In this document: positions 61,685-64,000 of the stretch, piece after piece | Layout of the letters: each line of letters opens with the position of its first letter | How positions within the stretch are numbered: the stretch's first letter is position 1 | Origin: Eutreptiella sp. 'Long Island Sound 2002' | Lineage: Eukaryota; Protista; Euglenida | Direction: 5' to 3' | Assembly: GCA_964036045.1 (NCBI GenBank) | Contig: OZ038379.1 | Location: 38,750,001 to 38,814,000, forward strand | Length of the DNA: 64,000 nt | The notes under the pieces: generated by a model | Told to the model about the DNA's origin: nothing | Seen by the model: the letters and a program-made list of their open reading frames with translations, nothing else | The model's database searches: none | Program-made: the position numbers and the translations under genes

Positions 61685-63590
61685 CTATGCTGGGCACCGG
61701 TGGTACATGTGGTGTCGACTTTGCGTTGTTTTGGCCCAATTCAAATCCCCCCCCCCGCCCCCTGCAAAACGCCCATGTCGAACATATGAGACAACGCCTG
61801 CATACACTCCACTCGACAACCATAACAATGTACTACGCTGCCAAACACACCGTGTCCGCCCTTTACCTGGACAGTGCAACTGTCGTAGGCTTGACACGGC
61901 GCTATGGGCAGCATGTGCATACATTGCAAACCTTATATCACTGGCGACGATGCTACACACAGAGCATCATGAGCCGCGCGTTGGACTGGACCTTCCGCAT
62001 GCAGCTGGCTTCTCAAGCCCACCGGGCAATGCACTATACGACACCACATGACACCCGATAAGACGACAACTTGCACCGCAAACGACCTACAGAGGAATGG
62101 GACCTCAATGCCTGGGACATTCCACTCCAACCACTACCCAAGAGACTCAAGGCACGCCGGGATCCCAATGAATGGGAAATTTAGGCGTCAAACCACGAAC
62201 GCCCACGAGCAACAAAATTTTCAATTTGTGGTACACGCCCTCCGACACTTTGGCCTTTGCAACCAGCTCCTGTCTCTCAGGAAAGTCCATGTGGCAATAT
62301 AGAACACCTACAGGAGTTTTCCCATGGACTTTTGTGATCATGACATAAATCCACTAGGCCCTGTAGTGGTGTTGCAAGAGGTCTAGCAGGGCGGAATTAA
62401 TATTTTTCCATAATTCTGAGACACGCAAGCTGATTTTGACAGGCTTAAGGGCTCTATAGTTACGTCCATCCCGAGTTTTTTGGTCCAGATACTCATATTG
62501 ATATGTACCAACAAGGTGCAAAATTTCACCGTCCGAGAAGGCTAGGAAGGCGTTGACCAATGCCTGAAGGGTATGACAGAGGAGCAAATCGTCTTCAGAA
62601 AATTCGAAATCTTTTTCGCCGCGATGGAGTTCATCAAGCATTTGCTCACGCCGTGCGGCATCTATGGCCTGCATCATTCCCTGTCTCCTAACCCCCTTCA
62701 CGAATCGATAACCCCTCGACTCCACCATTTCACATGGTCGGGGGCTCCTTTTCTTTGCACTACGGCTTCGGGAGATGTAGAGCAATCGTTTCCTTGGAGA
62801 AGGGGATTTGCTTGAAGAAGGGGAATGGGTGGCCATCAGAGAAATCAAAGAAAACAAGGGAAACTTTATGGGGAGAACAAGCAAGGCAGAACAGTGCACA
62901 AAATCCTGCAGAAAAACCCTGCAGAACGTCGAAAAGTTCGGCCCCGTTACTCAAAAATATGGTCTCCTTCCCCACCCCCCTAACCCATACGTCTTTGAAA
63001 CGGCCTTTTGTTGGGGGTTTCGAAAAGGTATAACATACACCACCCCCCATGGAACGATATTTTTGAGAACAACGCACGTGTTGCCAGCCCGGAAGGTGAC
63101 CAAGGGCGTTGCATCCACAATGTCAACACGAAGCCATACTTGAGTAGCAGACACGCATAGAAAGGGGCTTGATCTACAGGCAAGTAAGCACGTGGAGAAT
63201 GACAACGCAAGATTGTTGAAGACAGATACCTTGCCACAACCCAACGCATAGCCATGCAATAGTCCTTAGCCGACCAAGAATATCGTCCATGTACGAGCCC
63301 TGCAACTTGGTGGTGGAAGCCTTTCAGGCATTCCCACGGCAAAACGAATACACCACCGTGCCGGCCGTGCAGGGCACGCGGCAGAAGTCGGTGGCCTCGG
63401 GGGGGGGAAGCCACCACCGGTGGATGTGCGGAGTGAGGCAGGCATCCGCTCTGGCCGCCTCGGCGGTGGGCCCCACGTGCGCGTGGTCGGTGGGGGTCAG
63501 AAACAGACCCGCAGACACCCCCTCTTGCAGGAGGAGGACGTCCCCCATGTAGGGCACCGGGGGGTCCAACGGCTGCTCAGCCTGCGACAC
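61685..63590 (-). pseudogene. Decayed coding region; 63000-63345 is the uninterrupted paralog of the site hit by family B copy 1
   Basis: YMDDILGRLRTIA...ICLQQSCVVILHVLT matches 27294-27400 joined to 13540-13581; PLVTFRAGNT matches PFVTFLAGNT at ~13450. ORFs 62354-62899 and 62147-62341 share a frame across one stop. Confidence 0.55.
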
Positions 63591-63619
63591 GAAGCAGACT
63601 GGCTGGGGGATCGCGTCGG

Positions 63620-63900
63620 GAGTGAGGAAGTCCTCCTCTGCCGGGGGGGGGGGGCGGCCGGCCTCTCCTCCGCTTCCGCCGTCACCTCCGCATCCGCCGG
63701 CGCCTCCGCATCCGCCGGCGCCTCCGCATCCGCTGGCGCCGCCGGCATCTCCTCCTCCTCCTGTGCCGCACTCTGTGGGGGGGGGGCGGCATCCGCGTCA
63801 GCCGGCGCGGCCGGCCTCTCCTCCGCATCCGCCGGCGCCTCCGGCATGTCCACCTCGTGGGGGGCAGGCACGGGGTCGGTGGCGGCTGCCTCGGCCTCCT
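63620..63900 (-). repeat. 18-bp coding-type repeats (EAPADA / EERPAAP)
   Basis: GCCGGCGCCTCCGCATCC is reiterated; ORF 63497-63997 is low complexity. Confidence 0.7.
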
Positions 63901-64000
63901 CAGACCCCTGGTCGAGGGGGCTGTAGTTCACACTGGCCTCTGTGCCCAGAGGGGACCCCACTGCAGCCCCCTCGGCCAGAAGCTCGGAGGGCATCACCGG

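Larger units (their letters stand above)
56239..61711 (-). mobile_element. RAG1-core/Transib-like DNA transposon, family B copy 2 (5473 bp, near complete)
   Basis: Ends CACATG-N14-AGCATAGAA (56239-56267) and TTCTATGCT-N14-CATGTG (61683-61711). Contains the transposase, an intronic satellite and terminal direct repeats. No TSD seen. Confidence 0.85.

Noticed and set aside
56239-61711. RAG2-like (kelch + PHD) partner gene
   Set aside because: The element is fully accounted for by the transposase exons, the satellite and the terminal repeats; no kelch-like repeats seen.
56234-61716. 5-bp Transib/RAG-type target site duplication
   Set aside because: Flanks are GAACG vs GTGTC (copy 2) and GAAGA vs TGGCA (copy 1); no 3-5-bp match.

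Overview
Eukaryotic, repeat-saturated, intergenic or heterochromatic-type DNA with no recognisable housekeeping gene. The host cannot be determined; spliceosomal-type introns, TTAGGG-like repeats and very many poly-G/poly-C tracts would fit a protist. The window is a nest of mobile elements. (1) Two copies (13580-27293 and 56239-61711) of a DDE transposon whose transposase has the RAG1-core/Transib/CMC motif series and whose ends are bipartite and RSS-like (CACATG-N14-AGCATAGAA). Each also has a ~149-bp satellite in its predicted first intron and a ~140-bp direct repeat near both ends. (2) A second RAG1/CMC-fold lineage with CCC...GGG termini: a young copy (16897-22335, 45-bp TIR, CA target duplication), an older relative (5799-9774) and a more distant fragment (~44.2-45.7 kb). 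In the first two, the predicted introns are built from each element's own terminal motif. (3) A head-to-tail dimer of a Helitron2/Helentron-like non-autonomous element, a MITE-like element carrying a tRNA-Trp-like Pol III cassette, piggyBac-like and Sola2-like transposase remnants, a degenerate transposase-like host gene, and several decayed non-LTR retrotransposon RT/RNase H fragments (42-54 kb). All family assignments come from motifs recognised by eye, not from database searches. Some frameshifts may be homopolymer sequencing errors.
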